Assembly (NCBI GenBank): GCA_051294375.1
Contig: CM119269.1
Coordinates: 4,435,098-4,499,097 of the forward strand
Reading direction: 5' to 3'
Length of the DNA stretch: 64,000 nt
Origin: Paraspadella gotoi
Taxonomy: Eukaryota > Animalia > Chaetognatha
A program made the position numbers and the translations under genes. Below the pieces are notes generated by a model. That model did no database searches, had not been told where the DNA came from, and saw only the letters and a list, made by a program, of their open reading frames with translations. Position 1 is the stretch's first letter; every line of letters begins with the position of its first letter. Of the stretch, positions 1 through 12,550 are shown in pieces.

Positions 1-199
1 CACATCCGGATCGCCGACGTTGGATCCTATTTGATCCGAGTTCACGACGCTGGTTTCTCTCACATCCGGTTGGTCGACGCGCATCGGCAGGGGAGTTCGA
101 TCATCGTCATAAGGGTTTTCCTCTTCCTCCTCTTCCTCCTTTTCCTCCTTTAGTCGGTGGATGTCAACGACCCGTTCGAAGTCTTCGTCGCCGAAAATC
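1..199 (-). CDS. Partial coding exon of an unknown acidic protein, running off the window edge
   Basis: Acceptor cgcag| then an open frame IFGDEDFERVVDIHRLKEEKEEEEEEENPYDDDRTPLPMRVDQPDVRETSVVNSDQIGSNVGDPDV to the edge; GC-rich relative to its flank. Confidence 0.5.
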
Positions 200-327
200 C
201 TGCGTCGAATGCGAACAGGTGCAAACAGGTGCAAACAGTGCATCTTGTTGATAGGAAGCGAAAATGGAGAAAGACAGATGCGGCTTGCAAAGGTATTTCG
301 AACATTGACTCGATCCAATGTAGTTTG

Positions 328-337
328 NNNNNNNNNN
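328..337. other. Assembly gap
   Basis: Run of 10 n. Confidence 0.99.
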
Positions 338-556
338 TTTAAAAAAACATATTACTGATTTTTATAATTTATTTAATATCATATATTTATTATACATCAG
401 ATTAAGTAAATAATAATAATTCTTTTTTTTAATCTATTAAATTTATTATAAATACTTATTTATGAAGTAAAATTTATCCTTTAATATGCTTTGGCTTACT
501 TAATACAGCAACCATTTGCAGACTGATTAAAGGCAAAGCTTTTCAATAATATATTT

Positions 557-558
<2 letters not shown>

Positions 559-638
<80 letters not shown>
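559..638. repeat. (TAA)n microsatellite
   Basis: Directly visible tandem taa repeat. Confidence 0.95.
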
Positions 639-1142
639 CAATTATTTTGCTTACTAATTTTTTTATATTATATACTTTTTATATAATTTTTGTTAGATAT
701 GGTTGAAAGATATCTCATTTAAAAGATAAAAAACTAAATTACTTTAATATTATACTTTTTATTTTTAACTTTTTAATTAATGAATTCAAAAATATACTAT
801 AAAACTTATCATATTAGTTTACTTCGTTCATTGTATATTTTATGCCTGAAAGGAATAACCATACTCAGGCATCCTATCAATCTTTTTATATTAAGGTTGG
901 ACTAAGTGATAGACAAAAAGCATTGGCCAAGTTTAGGGTTTGAAAAGGGACTGGCCAGGAATAATGGGGATATAATAAGCCTTCCCATTCACCCTGAATG
1001 AACCCCAATAAAAACCCTAACCCTAATTAACTTATCTTATTTACAATCTTACATCATTTACAGCAGGCCATTTTTTTAGCCCTAACCCTAACCTTTTATC
1101 TCATGCCAAGCTAAAACCTTAACCATAGTATTTTAACCCTAC

Positions 1143-1595
1143 AAGGTGACACACAACAGACTGCCGTTAAAAAAAATTGTCATTTGCAAATTTGTAAAAT
1201 TTTTTTTCATTTGAAACATTTTTTCTGTAATAAAAACCTAAATCATTTATTTATCCAAATTTTATATTGATTGGTTTTGATTTGACTTGGTACTGAGCAG
1301 AGAAAAGTTGTCTTCAAAATTGTGTTTCATTTTAAAACTCCATTTTTTTTCAATTTGTTTATTTAACTTTTTAACTATTTTTTTACAAAACTTTATATAA
1401 AAAGGTATCAATATTAATATTTTCTGAAAGCTCCTGAAAATATAAAGAGATTGACATAATTAAAAATACTATAATATTAAAATTAGCCTATCTAGCTTTA
1501 AGATAATTATTAAATTAAAAATTTTTAAAGAGCAGTTTTGAATAATTATTAAAATATTGTTAGTTATTTTAATTTAGTTTTTCTTAAGATTTTTT
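1143..1595. mobile_element. Partial copy (one arm) of the foldback/MITE family at 40734-41815
   Basis: Starts aaggtgacacacaac and shares tttatattgattggttt...tttgacttgg...gagaaaagttg...aggtatcaatatt with the arms of that element. Confidence 0.7.
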
Positions 1596-3897
1596 GGAGA
1601 GATTGGTGCCAGTCGGGGGGCGAAGGGTTGAGAGAAGGAAAGTGGATGAAAGGGGGGTGTGGAGCACGAGTACTTTTCCGCTTCCATGCTTTCCATGCTT
1701 TCCAATGTGACTGGCACAATTGAATTCGTGGTTCCAAAACTCAATTTAGAATCAGAGAATGATGAACTTCACTTCCTTCGATAGCGACAGGCCGCTCTAT
1801 TACATCCGTGGATTTTTCTCTTTAACTAAAGGAGCAACAAAAAGAAAGTCTTAACACAATGCTTAAAAAAATATTAACATAATATAGGTTTTTGTCGGTC
1901 CGTAGTTTTCGGTATGTGGTATTTTTTGAATGACAGTAAATAGGAGATAAAAATTCTCGGCCTCATGAACAAAATCACTGCCTATGAAATATATAACGTT
2001 ACTCTTACAGTCCTGTGCATCAAAATATTTAAGAGGACACTCTTAAATTGTTATTTATTAATTGCATAGATAATAAAATAATAAAAGTAAATTCGTATAG
2101 CCTATCGAAAACAATTCTAAAATTTAAGAAACCATAACTTAAAACAGCGCAATATTCAAATCTTACATTGACGTTCGGAAAATTCCCATTGTTTGACGGC
2201 CTGAAGCGTCGGTTTTGTCAAAATAGAATAAAGGAAAAGTACAAAAATCGGTTTTGCCAACTTTAATCTTGGGTCTATCAATGTCAACATCATGACACAT
2301 TGTGATGCCATTTAAAAAAAAACAGTGTCAGTCGAATTCGGTGACTTTTATAGAAATTTGGAATCGCATAAGAATTATCAGCACAATCTTGGAGCAACAA
2401 TCGGCCAAAAAATCGGCATTTGGTGTGAAATAGGAGTTGACGTTGCAGGCGATATTTCTTGGGAGTTTATTTTCATTGTGTCAGCTATGAAAGTCACGAC
2501 GGTGATATACATAACCTACATTAGGTACAATGGAATATATTATTTGGGATAAATGTTTATTAACAGTAAAAGAAGGAATTAAAATTGGTCTGATTATTCA
2601 AAAGAACCCCAATTCAGTTTAAATTAAAGTGAATTAGGTTTTAAAGTTTAAAAATTAGGTTAAAGGTGAGTGTTAAGGGTTAAGTCAGAGATTGGTTAAG
2701 GATTATGGTTAAGAATTACGGTCTAGGCTTAAGGTTAGGGTTAGAATGCTTTCGGAAAATAGGACTCAGGAACTGCTATAGCACTTTACGAATATTCTTA
2801 AATATTTATTATTAATAGGATCGTTACATACTTTTGGGATGGCTTACATAACCACTAAGAATAATCTATTCAGCTTAATTTAAAATATGAAATCAGGAGT
2901 AGTGATAAATAAGGAGAGATGTTTTGGCGAAAGCAAAAGTTTCAAACAAGCATCTTAAGAATTTGACGGTAAACACATTTTTTTGTTTTCAAATTAAAAA
3001 AGTTGTTACGCCCGAAAAAAATATTTTGCTTCAGGGACACATTCTCGAGCGAAAGTCGAAATGTTTCGTCGTCGTCGTCGTCGTCGTTGTCCTTGGAAGG
3101 ACCTTCACCGTTCGTTGTTGTTCATTCGTCAACCATTGTTAAAAAACATTAAAATGATGAAAAGAAAACTACATTATAAATTTCTACCAGAAAATAGAAT
3201 TCTAAATTTATAAAATTAGCACAGCATGTCTTCGATAGTTAACGAAGTACGTATATTACTAATAAGTCTTTAGATGAAAGTAGGATACAACAATAATCGG
3301 AACATCAAAATGGGGTTTATGAAAATACAATGATAAACTTTCCTTTTATTTTTCTTGGATGTACGTAGTAAGTAACGAAAGTTCAAGGACTCGCATGTAA
3401 TTGATTTATCGCCCCTTTTCAAGGGCAAAGTTACGAATACTCGCAACCCAAGAAAAAAAAAAGACAGGGTCCTTGAATGATATATCGATAGAATTACAAA
3501 TTTCCGTCAGCCTTTTCTGAGTGATATCTTCAAATCGTGAAACCGACATGTTCCAACAGTTCACAGTGCTCACAGTACATCTGGTATAATTTCGTTTTTA
3601 GGTCGATATAGATAAGAATGTGACCCGAAAATTCCTAACGTTTTTCGACTTTTAAATTGTTCGTTAACCAGATTAATGAAGAAAAAAGTTTGGAGAAGAA
3701 AAGCCTTTGAATGTCAAACGCGATCTCAATTTTTAAATTGAATTTGTTTTGTTGTTATTTTTAATCTTGTTTTCAGATTATGACTTGAAGCCTCGAATGA
3801 ATCTACTAAAGATATCTGTAAACACGCAGTGAGACACGCATTAAGTTTCGCAAGTTTCGTGAGAAAAATGGGAGAGTGACGCCGTTTGTCCCCGAAA

Positions 3898-4341
3898 TCA
3901 TTGTTTCCGAAAGATTTGTTCGAAATGGCGCAGGGACGCAATGGCGCGGTTAAAAAAGCGATTTCCTCGACTATATATAATCCACATTATGATTTATTAT
4001 GCTTAAGTTTTTTTAAAACGAGAACGAGGCTACTGAAAAATAACAATCATATAGTCTTCGCTTCTTACCGGCTTCGCAGATAATTCCGCTGCCAACGAAT
4101 CCGCTTCTGCAAACGCAAGACGCGTGTTCAGTTCCGGTTGCGTTTCGACAGCTGAAAAAAAAATGTATTATGGACAGCGTCGGCTGAATGAGAACAGCAA
4201 ACGCAGGAAATAAGATGTACTCACTCCGCATGAACGTCGCATATAAGCCCGCCGCAATTGGAAGTTTCCTTTTTCTCGATCTCGTTATCTCCGATCTCGT
4301 TATCTCCGTCTTTATGATATCCGATTTCGTTATCTCCGATT
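3898..4341 (-). CDS. Small EGF-domain protein (5' exons not resolved)
   Basis: Exons about 4341-4225 (IGDNEI repeats, CGGLICDVHA), 4150-4070 (CRNATGTEHASCVCRSGFVGSGIIC) and 3965-3898 (GNRFFNRAIASLRHFEQIFRKQ*), with GT-AG junctions; six-Cys EGF spacing. Confidence 0.6.
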
Positions 4342-5217
4342 CTGCGACGAGATTTTTCAGGGAGAAAACGTAGTAACGGTAGTTTTTTTTTCCCCCAATT
4401 TTATTTTCTTTTTTTTTTATTTATTGACAAAGAAAAAAATATTTATGCCTCATATTTTTTTTCTTTTTTTCCCCAATTTTTCCCCAATTTTTTCGATTTA
4501 ATTACTGACAAGCGCGAGAAATTTTGCCGCAAAGTTATTTGATTTTTTGCTTGATAAATGGAACCGGGGTCAAAGGAGGAGGAATTGGTAAACGTGGGAG
4601 GAAAACGCCAGAAAATTAAATAAAAATAAAAATATGTTGTTTGTAAACTTTTTTCTAAATAGCAAAAAAGAAAGTCAAAATACAATATTTTTATCATAAA
4701 TGGGTAAAAAATATAAAAAACTACTAATAAACATCATTATCTTTTGATAATTTTATTACTCTTTATTAATTTTTACCAAGAAAACATAATTTTTTTTTGA
4801 AGGTGGTAGTTATATTTTTTATTTAACTTTTTATGCTCTACATTTTATCCTTCGAAAAAAGTTAAGATTGATTAAAAAATAATATTGTAATATTGTAATT
4901 TTGATAATAACAATAAAAGCATTAAAATTAAACTAAATTCTTTTTTTACCTGAAAGTAGACTTCAAGACTAAAGTTTTGTACCCTCGCCCCTATTGAATT
5001 TAATTTCATAGTAGATTTCTAATTAAAGTATTGTGTTGTATTATCCTCATAAAAATTAGCAAACAAATGCAATCATTCACTTATATAATTTTTCAAAAAC
5101 ACTCGCCAAACTGTTTTCTGAAACCCTTAAGTATGTGAGGTATAAAATTTGAACTACTTCTAGCGACCAAGACAATAACATTTTCATTCACTTCTGTAAA
5201 AAACTTAAAATTTTAAG

Positions 5218-6109
5218 ATGAGAATTTATATTTTCATTTTGGCCTTGGTGCCAGTATTAGCAGTCAAATCAGGTATGAAAGAATTAATAATTTTAGGCTG
5301 AATACGTCCAAGGACGGAATTATGATTTGCAAGGTTCAAAAATTTAGCAAACTACGTAAAATGGCCTTGCCCCGGAACGTATTTTTCTTACCACAGACGA
5401 TTCGGTTAACAATTACATTAAAGCAATTTTGGAAAATCTAAAAAGTCAAATGAAAACCGGTATACCCGATATTGGAATGCCCATTTTGGAACCATTGAGG
5501 TACAAGCAATAAAATCCGTAACATAACCTTCATAATAATCGTTTTTTCTGAACCAAAATCTTTTCGCGTTAAATTCTGAACAGCATTCCAAAGATAGACG
5601 AGAAAATAAAAGATTCCGTTGCCGACGTCAAAATCGTCGTGGATAAGCTCAAAGTCATTGGCCTCTCGAAATTTGAAACTCGACGAGTCAACGCCGATTT
5701 GACGGTGACAAATTTTTAATTTTTGAAAATAAAAAAGCATCCTGCGGTCCATAGTCAGCTAATGTTTTTTTTCTCAATACCTCTCAAGTTAAGCTCTTCC
5801 GTTTTGCAGAATCTTCGTTTGGACCTGAGTTTGTTTATCCCGCAAGTTTCCGCTCGCGCCATCTACGAACTCGACGGGAAGATCTTTAGTCTGATTCCGC
5901 TTTACGGGGACGGAGACGCCCACTTGAACGTAGTCGATGTCGTCGCTGACGGTTCCGCAGGGCTATCCATCACCGCTGACGGACATTTACAGGTGTTAAG
6001 TTAGTTGTTGAAAGGCGGATGGTAAAACTTAAAGACCCTGATATTGTCTTATCCATTCGCTTAAAAGACATAACAACAAAAGACTGTCCTTTACTCTATT
6101 CTTTGTTGG

Positions 6110-6181
<72 letters not shown>

Positions 6182-8150
6182 TCTTTCTCTCTCTCCAAAG
6201 TCAATGAAAACAACTGAAAAGTTTGTGAATTTCAAATGCTGATGAAGACTCGAACCCAAAGAGTCGAAACGAGTCCGTCTATTAAAATAAATCGTTGTCA
6301 TAAATTCAAAAACGATTAGTTTTCTCTAAATATAATAGTAATAATAATAATATCATATTTCCCAACAATTCTAAGACGGAAATAAACGATGCCACCTTCC
6401 AGTTGCGTCATATTTACGGAGAAACAACTTTTGAAGACGGTCTTAGTTACCTTTACAATCAATTTCGAAAAAACATGCAAAAATTAATTCTGAAGATTTG
6501 ATGGAAGTTTTAAAGTTTGAAGATTCCATTAAGAGTTCAAATGCTGATGAAGGCTTGAAGCCAAAAAAGTCGTTGTATTAATTTCACAAATACTTTAAGT
6601 TCATCTCTATATTTCAAAACATGGGTACTGGCGTTAAGCTGCATCTACCGGTTTTTCAAAGGGCTCAGGCTTTTAACGTGTCCCTTTGCCATGTCGCTAT
6701 TTAAGCATCTATTGTCTCCCCTCACTTAAAGATGAAAACCTTCAAAATGAACCTCAAGTTTTCCTCGGTCTTCGCGAATCTGGAAAACATCCTCGGCGGC
6801 GGATCCTTGGGCCAAGTCGTCAACGGCGTCGTCAACATGTTGGGCAAGCGGATCTTTGATCACTTCCAGCCGGACATCATGAGGGAACTCAACAAGGCGA
6901 GGACCTCTTTTATTGTGCCCTTTAAGTTACCTAATGGTTCTTTCATTCTAATCAGGCCGTCCGTGGGGAAATCAACAAGGCCCTGAAGGAAGTCAAGCTC
7001 TCCGACATTCAGGGTGGACTGATTCCTTCGAGATATCGATTCAGTCTTTATGAAGCAGGTTTCTGGCTACCTGTTTTGTCAATCTGTGTGTTTATTTTCT
7101 GCTTTTTTTTCATGTTTATAATTTGCTTTGACAGGAAACGCGAATGAATTCCTAGATCAAATTCTGATTAACGCCCGGCCACAAATTGAGAAAAACTTAG
7201 ACCCCATCAAACTTCCCGACGCTAAAGAATCTTTCCATAAGAAGGTGCTCTTCGTGACGGTTTGGGGTGAAGCTAAAGTCTACGACGGTTGGTTGGCGGG
7301 ACTCAAGACTCTTCACAGGTGATGGAAATTATTCATTGGTCATTCGAAGCGAAGCATTCATTGACTACCGTTTCTTTAACTAAAAATCTAAAGAATAACA
7401 AAAATGCAACGCAAACAATAAGGAAAAAATAATCCGTTATTATTTTAAAAATAAGCCTGCAACGTTTCAGAATAATACAAGCATGTCATTATTAAATATT
7501 ATATTGCAGAACCGGAAACGCCGATCTTACTAATGCCGGGCAAAGTATTGTCATTAACGCCCACTTGGGATTGGACAACTTAAAAGGGCACTACCGGTAA
7601 CGTTCTTCTTGAAAACAAAATGAATTTTACCTCAAAACAACGAAAATTTCTCTTTCTTTAATAATCAATTTTTAAAACGATAAGTGCATCGGCAAAGTTC
7701 ATGAATCTTGGACCGACTGCGTCAGCTTCTCTCACTGTTTCCTCGGTTTCCGTTAAGGTCGAAGTGAAACAGGTTAGTAGTTTCCGATTAAAGAGCTCGG
7801 GTCCTTTTTAACTAGTCAATTTACTATAGAAATACAGAACAGTTTAGTTTAAAATTTTATCAATCAGGCATCAATCAGCTTTTATCCGAATTTAACCCAA
7901 AAACCATCGATCCTTACCCACTGCCCAGGCATTTACGCCTAACGCCCACCCTGATCTCACCTATTTCAAGATCGAAAGGGTGGGTAAGATCAGCGTTAAT
8001 TTCAGCGGGTTGGGTCCGCTTAATTGGATAATCAACCTGCTATCGAACCTCGTGGGGAACATAGTCAAGGGAGAGATCGTCAAGGCCATCGAAAGTCCAG
8101 TGAGAAACCTCATCCGAGATCAACTCAAGAACATTAAGATTCCCGTTTAG
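5218..8150 (+). CDS. Secreted tandem TULIP lipid-binding protein: JHBP/Takeout-like domain plus Der p 7 (group 7 allergen)-like domain
   Basis: Ten exons: signal peptide MRIYIFILALVPVLAVKS; GIPDIGMPILEPL and YELDGKIFSLIPLYGDG (Takeout/JHBP-like); then NANEFLDQIL..LDPIKLPD..GWLAGLKTLHRTGNA..FSGLGPLNWI (Der p 7-like); stop TAG at 8150. Confidence 0.8.
6113..6177. repeat. (CT)n microsatellite in an intron
   Basis: Directly visible. Confidence 0.95.
6231..6283 (+). ncRNA. Minimal type I hammerhead ribozyme-like motif (Penelope/retrozyme type), probably decayed
   Basis: CTGATGA-a-GACTC-loop-GAGTC-GAAAC-GA-GTC, with a weak stem I (aatg/cgtc). Confidence 0.5.
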
Positions 8151-8700
8151 TAACAAGAATTATTTTGTTTCGACTTCTTTAAAATGTTATTACTTTGTTA
8201 AATTTAAACGTTTAAAGATTACAAGTATTTTTGGATTTCGCCCTCGTTTTATCGCTCTTTTAATTGCTCTGGCTTAACCTTAGCTACCCGTATGGTCGGG
8301 AAAGTTGCTCCTATTAATCTATTGACTGAACAATGGAACCCGGCTCCACCTTATGAAACTTTTGATGTCGCCCATATTTTGATTTTTTAATCGTTAAAAT
8401 AGCTAGATTTTTAATTGAGCGCGACGACTCTACAATACTCTAAATATTCATTGAAAATTGTAACTATTGCCCAAGTAAAGTAATTCTTTTTTCGCCCACA
8501 TCCAAATTTGAACTTTCATAAGTACGTTTCAATCACAATAGTAAACATCTGTTTATAATCTTTTTTTCATCTATGCCAGGTCTTTAAAAAGATCAAATAG
8601 CTTCTGCAAAAGAAAGCCATTCTTATATATTTTTCTTTTTTTAATAAAAACAATATTATCGTCACTATTTTTTTAAATTTTTGTTGAGATTCGCCAAGAG

Positions 8701-10180
8701 ATGGCGTGTTGCGGACAGAAAACGAGCGGGAAACAGGCCATCAAGGAGTTGGGAGCCGCCGACTACGCGTTTCTCGATGCGAACACTAGCTACCAAAAGG
8801 AAGAAATCCGTCAATGGTTCAAAGGCTTCATGGCAAGTGGGAAAAATATGCGGGATATTCGGCACCACAATACAATGGACAGTGGCTGCCATTGAAGGAA
8901 AAGAGCTAAAATAGGAAGACACAATCGATACTGACCATATCTGTGGTTATATTTATCCACAGATGGATAATCCCAGCGGCCTCATCGGAAGAGCTAGATT
9001 TACAAATATGTACCTGAAGGTACGATCTTTCTTTTCTATCATTTTTAAAAAAAACGTTCCGCCTAACGTGTGTTTAAAAAAAATCATATGTAATACAATG
9101 ACAGATATAAGTTATCACTGCCGTCCCGTTTTTTAAAGTCGCTTCCGTACAGTACCCAAACGAAGAAAATAATCACGATTTACTGTCATCGTCTCTTTGC
9201 TGCCATCGATCAGGTTCCGTTAAATGGCAATTTTCTTTCGTTTTTTCTCTTTATTTAATCATTCTTCACTCGGTCTGTTTAATTCCTGATCATTGCTCCT
9301 CTTTCTCATCGCTACCGCAGGATGGCGCGGGAAAGTTGGACTTTCGCGATTTTCTCATTTCGATGAACATTAAACACAAAGTAAAGAAGTTGCTGGAGAG
9401 GAAGGGAAATATTGATTATGGGGTCATTAGACCGAGACGTCTGTAAGATCTGATGTCAACCGAATCAAAAAGACTCTTAATATTTAATCAGTAAATGCCA
9501 TAAGGTTAAATCGCATTCGGGTTAGAAAGGGTAAGGAATCGAGGAAGGCAAAAGCCATTGCCAAAAAAGCGGCGAGATTGTTAGATTGTGGTCAAACGTG
9601 ATTTTGCAAATCACAACAACGAGCGGCCGGGGGGGGAGTTATTGCAGCTGGTGAGTGAACCGTCGAAGAAGAGGGAGGGTGATAGGGAAAAAGACGCGTA
9701 TTGACGTGGTGAAAAGAAGGTCTTGTTTAACAGGGAACAATTCAACAGAAATTGACGTGGCTCTTTAAGATGTATGACACGTCGCGGAGCGGAAGGATTT
9801 ACTTTAAGGACATGGTGGAGGCGTTTTGGTGAGTGGCCATTCAAGTCTCACGAATACATCTGTCATTCATAATTACTCACTATTGATATTTTATTTTATG
9901 TTGCAGGCTAGCTTTTAGCATTTACTCGAGCAACACGTTTCAGAAAAGGTAATTTATCACGATGCTTATCCTTATCCCTGCTGACTTATTTTCGGGCCGA
10001 AATACAATGTGTGACCTGGGACCTGGAATTTATTCCTCGTCCAGTTCCCCCAATGATCGCGTCACTTTAGTCTTTCAACGTTTGGGTCGCGAATACAACG
10101 AAGCGTTGACGCTGGAGGAATACATCAAGGGCTGCAGTCAAGACCCTTACGTCGTCAAGTTCATCACTTACAATGGATAA
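8701..10180 (+). CDS. Neuronal calcium sensor/recoverin-family EF-hand protein, divergent
   Basis: Seven exons (8701-8832, 8963-9019, 9139-9213, 9321-9380, about 9733-9828, 9907-9948, 10045-10180) encode EEIRQWFKGFMMDNPSG, LFAAIDQDGAGKLDFRDF, KLTWLFKMYDTSRSGRI and LTLEEYIKGCSQDP. Confidence 0.85.
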
Positions 10181-10607
10181 TTGATTTGAGAAAGAAAACT
10201 AATGTAGAATAATCGCTATAATTCTATATTTACACAAAAGTTTTTTTTTTTTCAAAAATAAGAATCAACGAAAGTTAATAATAATCTTTGCGATCATAAA
10301 TTGAAATTCAATCTTCCCTTTTTCGTGTGGTAACAATTAAAGAGAAAAGGAGAATTAGCAAACAAAACAAATTAATGAAAGTCATTTGTTTAACCATTGG
10401 AAAACACGGTGGCGTCGCTTTCTCCCCCGGCGGTCAAAATCTTTTGTTTGATAACTCGCTTGAGAGGCGGTAAGACGGGCACGATTTTTAATTTTTTGCC
10501 AATTTTTCGGCAAAAGTCGATAAGAACCATATCTAAATAAAAAAAAAAAAAAATTAAAAAGAATTGAATATTTATAGAATTACCGTTTTTATCTTTTTAT
10601 TATTTCT

Positions 10608-12550
10608 CTACCGTCCGCCCTGCACGTGGTTGTGGGCCCAATGCGGATTGTGATGAGTGTGGCCTTGGTGCGGACGAGGTTGTGGAGCAGAGGTTGGGGT
10701 CTCCGTGGGTAATTCTTGAAAATCACACACTTTTCCGTCTCCGATATAGCCTAAGACGATAAGAAATAGGCATAGCTGTTTAATTATATTATTAAAGTGG
10801 GTTCACATTCTCAACCTGGATTGCAAATGCATTCGGCTTGTTGAGTTTTTTCGTCGAAAACGCATCTCGCGTAAGGATGACACGTTAGGGATTCGCAGTT
10901 CTGCCAACAAAAAAAAAAGAACAACAAATAGGCAGGGCGCCAATGCTTGGATTATCTTTTTTTTTCTCGGGTGAGGCGTAAAGGACTTTCTTATTTCTTT
11001 ATATACAGGGTCTTCGAGCTATTTTGGGAATAACTAGAGATGTAGATTAAAACCGAAAACATTTTTAGAAACTTCCTTATCTTAGCTTTTAGTATAGGCC
11101 CAAAAAAGATAGGATAATGGAAATATGGACCATTTTATGTGACACGTCAGTTTTTGTTGCGCAAAATTAAATCATTTGCTCGACCTAAGCAAACTTTGAG
11201 GCTTTGCTTAAAATTATTGATAAATACAAATCATATATACATTTTTAGAATCTACTTGGTCTTAGCATTCCGGTTTTCCGGTTTTTAACTTAATATGAAT
11301 AGAATCTACTCTATCTTGCCTTCAATTTGATGGCCAGATTGACCTCCGAATTCATTCTCTGAGTTTATAATTAATACGTTTTATTTTTAATATCAGAAAC
11401 GTTGAAAAAAAAAACAAAAAAAAAATAAATATTTCTCACTATCTAGATTTGAAAATCCTACAGAGACATGAGAATTTGTTAAAAGAGATATTAAGTACCC
11501 TTAGCAGTTAGCAGTGAGCAGTTAGCAGTTAGCACAACGTTACTGACTTTTTAAACCCAGTGAAGTGGTAGCTGACGGGTCAGTTCAGCTGTTCAGCAGT
11601 TGCAAAAGTCTATGCTTCCTTCGGGAGTCATTTAGTAAGATTGGTAAATTGTAATTGTAAATAAGGTTCACAATAATGGAAATATGTTCTTGATACATTC
11701 TTTTATAATCAAATTTATAATAAAATTTTTACTGCTTCAAATGAATATTTTAAAATATTTTTACTAACCCTCGGAGTCTGGCTACAGTGGAGTCCGTTTC
11801 CGAAGAATCCGTAGTTGCAGAGGCAAAGACGAATGGGTTTGGCCACCGCCAGGTTTTTCTCTAAAAAGGTCCCGTGTTCGGAACCGCGCTCGATCACTTT
11901 GGCGATGCACCTGGGAGATTTCGTGGATCGATTTTAACGTTCGTCGTCTTCATTGTCGCCGTTGTTCTTTTTTTTTTTCTCTCTTTGTTATCAATTCTCA
12001 CCTGGCGTTGACATCGCAGAAAGTCTCACCGCATTGAGGTCCTCGCGGCTCGAACTCCTGCCGAGCTGAAAGAGTAAAAAAAAAAAACTGTATTTAAAAA
12101 AAAAAAAAATTCCATTAAAATTTTTTATTTTTTTCCAAACTCCGGACCGGATTCCGGAGTCCTCTCTTCTCTACTTTTTTTCCTCTTTTACTCTCTCGTA
12201 CTATTTATAATTATATTCCTTTTTTTCACGTTAATAAATAATACAAATATAAATATGTACGTGGTTGACAGAAAGGTTGAATCCCGATCAGGCCAGGAGG
12301 ACAAACGCAGGCGGGACCGACGCAGGCATCCGGCGGAGTAACACCTGGCGGCGGCACCGAAAAAACAATATTTTTTTTCAGCAATGTGAACCTTCTCACG
12401 TGGTCTAATAATTTAGCTTAAATTACAGTTTCTCTTTACAAATAAAGAAAAATGTACCTTGTTTATTCGGTCGACAAAAGGGCTGAGTTCCGGTCATCCC
12501 CGGCGGGCAATCGCACGAGTTTCCCGCGCATTTATCAGGTGGCTGCGGAT
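10608..12550 (-). CDS. Cys-rich/EGF-repeat extracellular protein with His-rich tail (first exon not resolved)
   Basis: Six GT-AG exons: two CxxxxCxCPPGxxGxQPFC repeats; EGF CGETFCDVNARC..CLCNYGFFGNGLHC; EGF CESLTCHPYARC..CICNPGYIGDGKVC; tail HQGHTHHNPHWAHNHVQGGR*. Confidence 0.75.

Noticed and set aside
1010-1140. TAACCC telomere-like repeats (also about 2660-2745 and 19960-20180)
   Set aside because: Only one or two units, degenerate and dispersed; repeat-internal motifs, not telomeric arrays.
3010-3136. Minus-strand acidic frame with an in-frame TGA at codon 5 (MVDE*TTTNGEG..)
   Set aside because: No SECIS or redox motif seen; a (GAC)n microsatellite explains the coding look.
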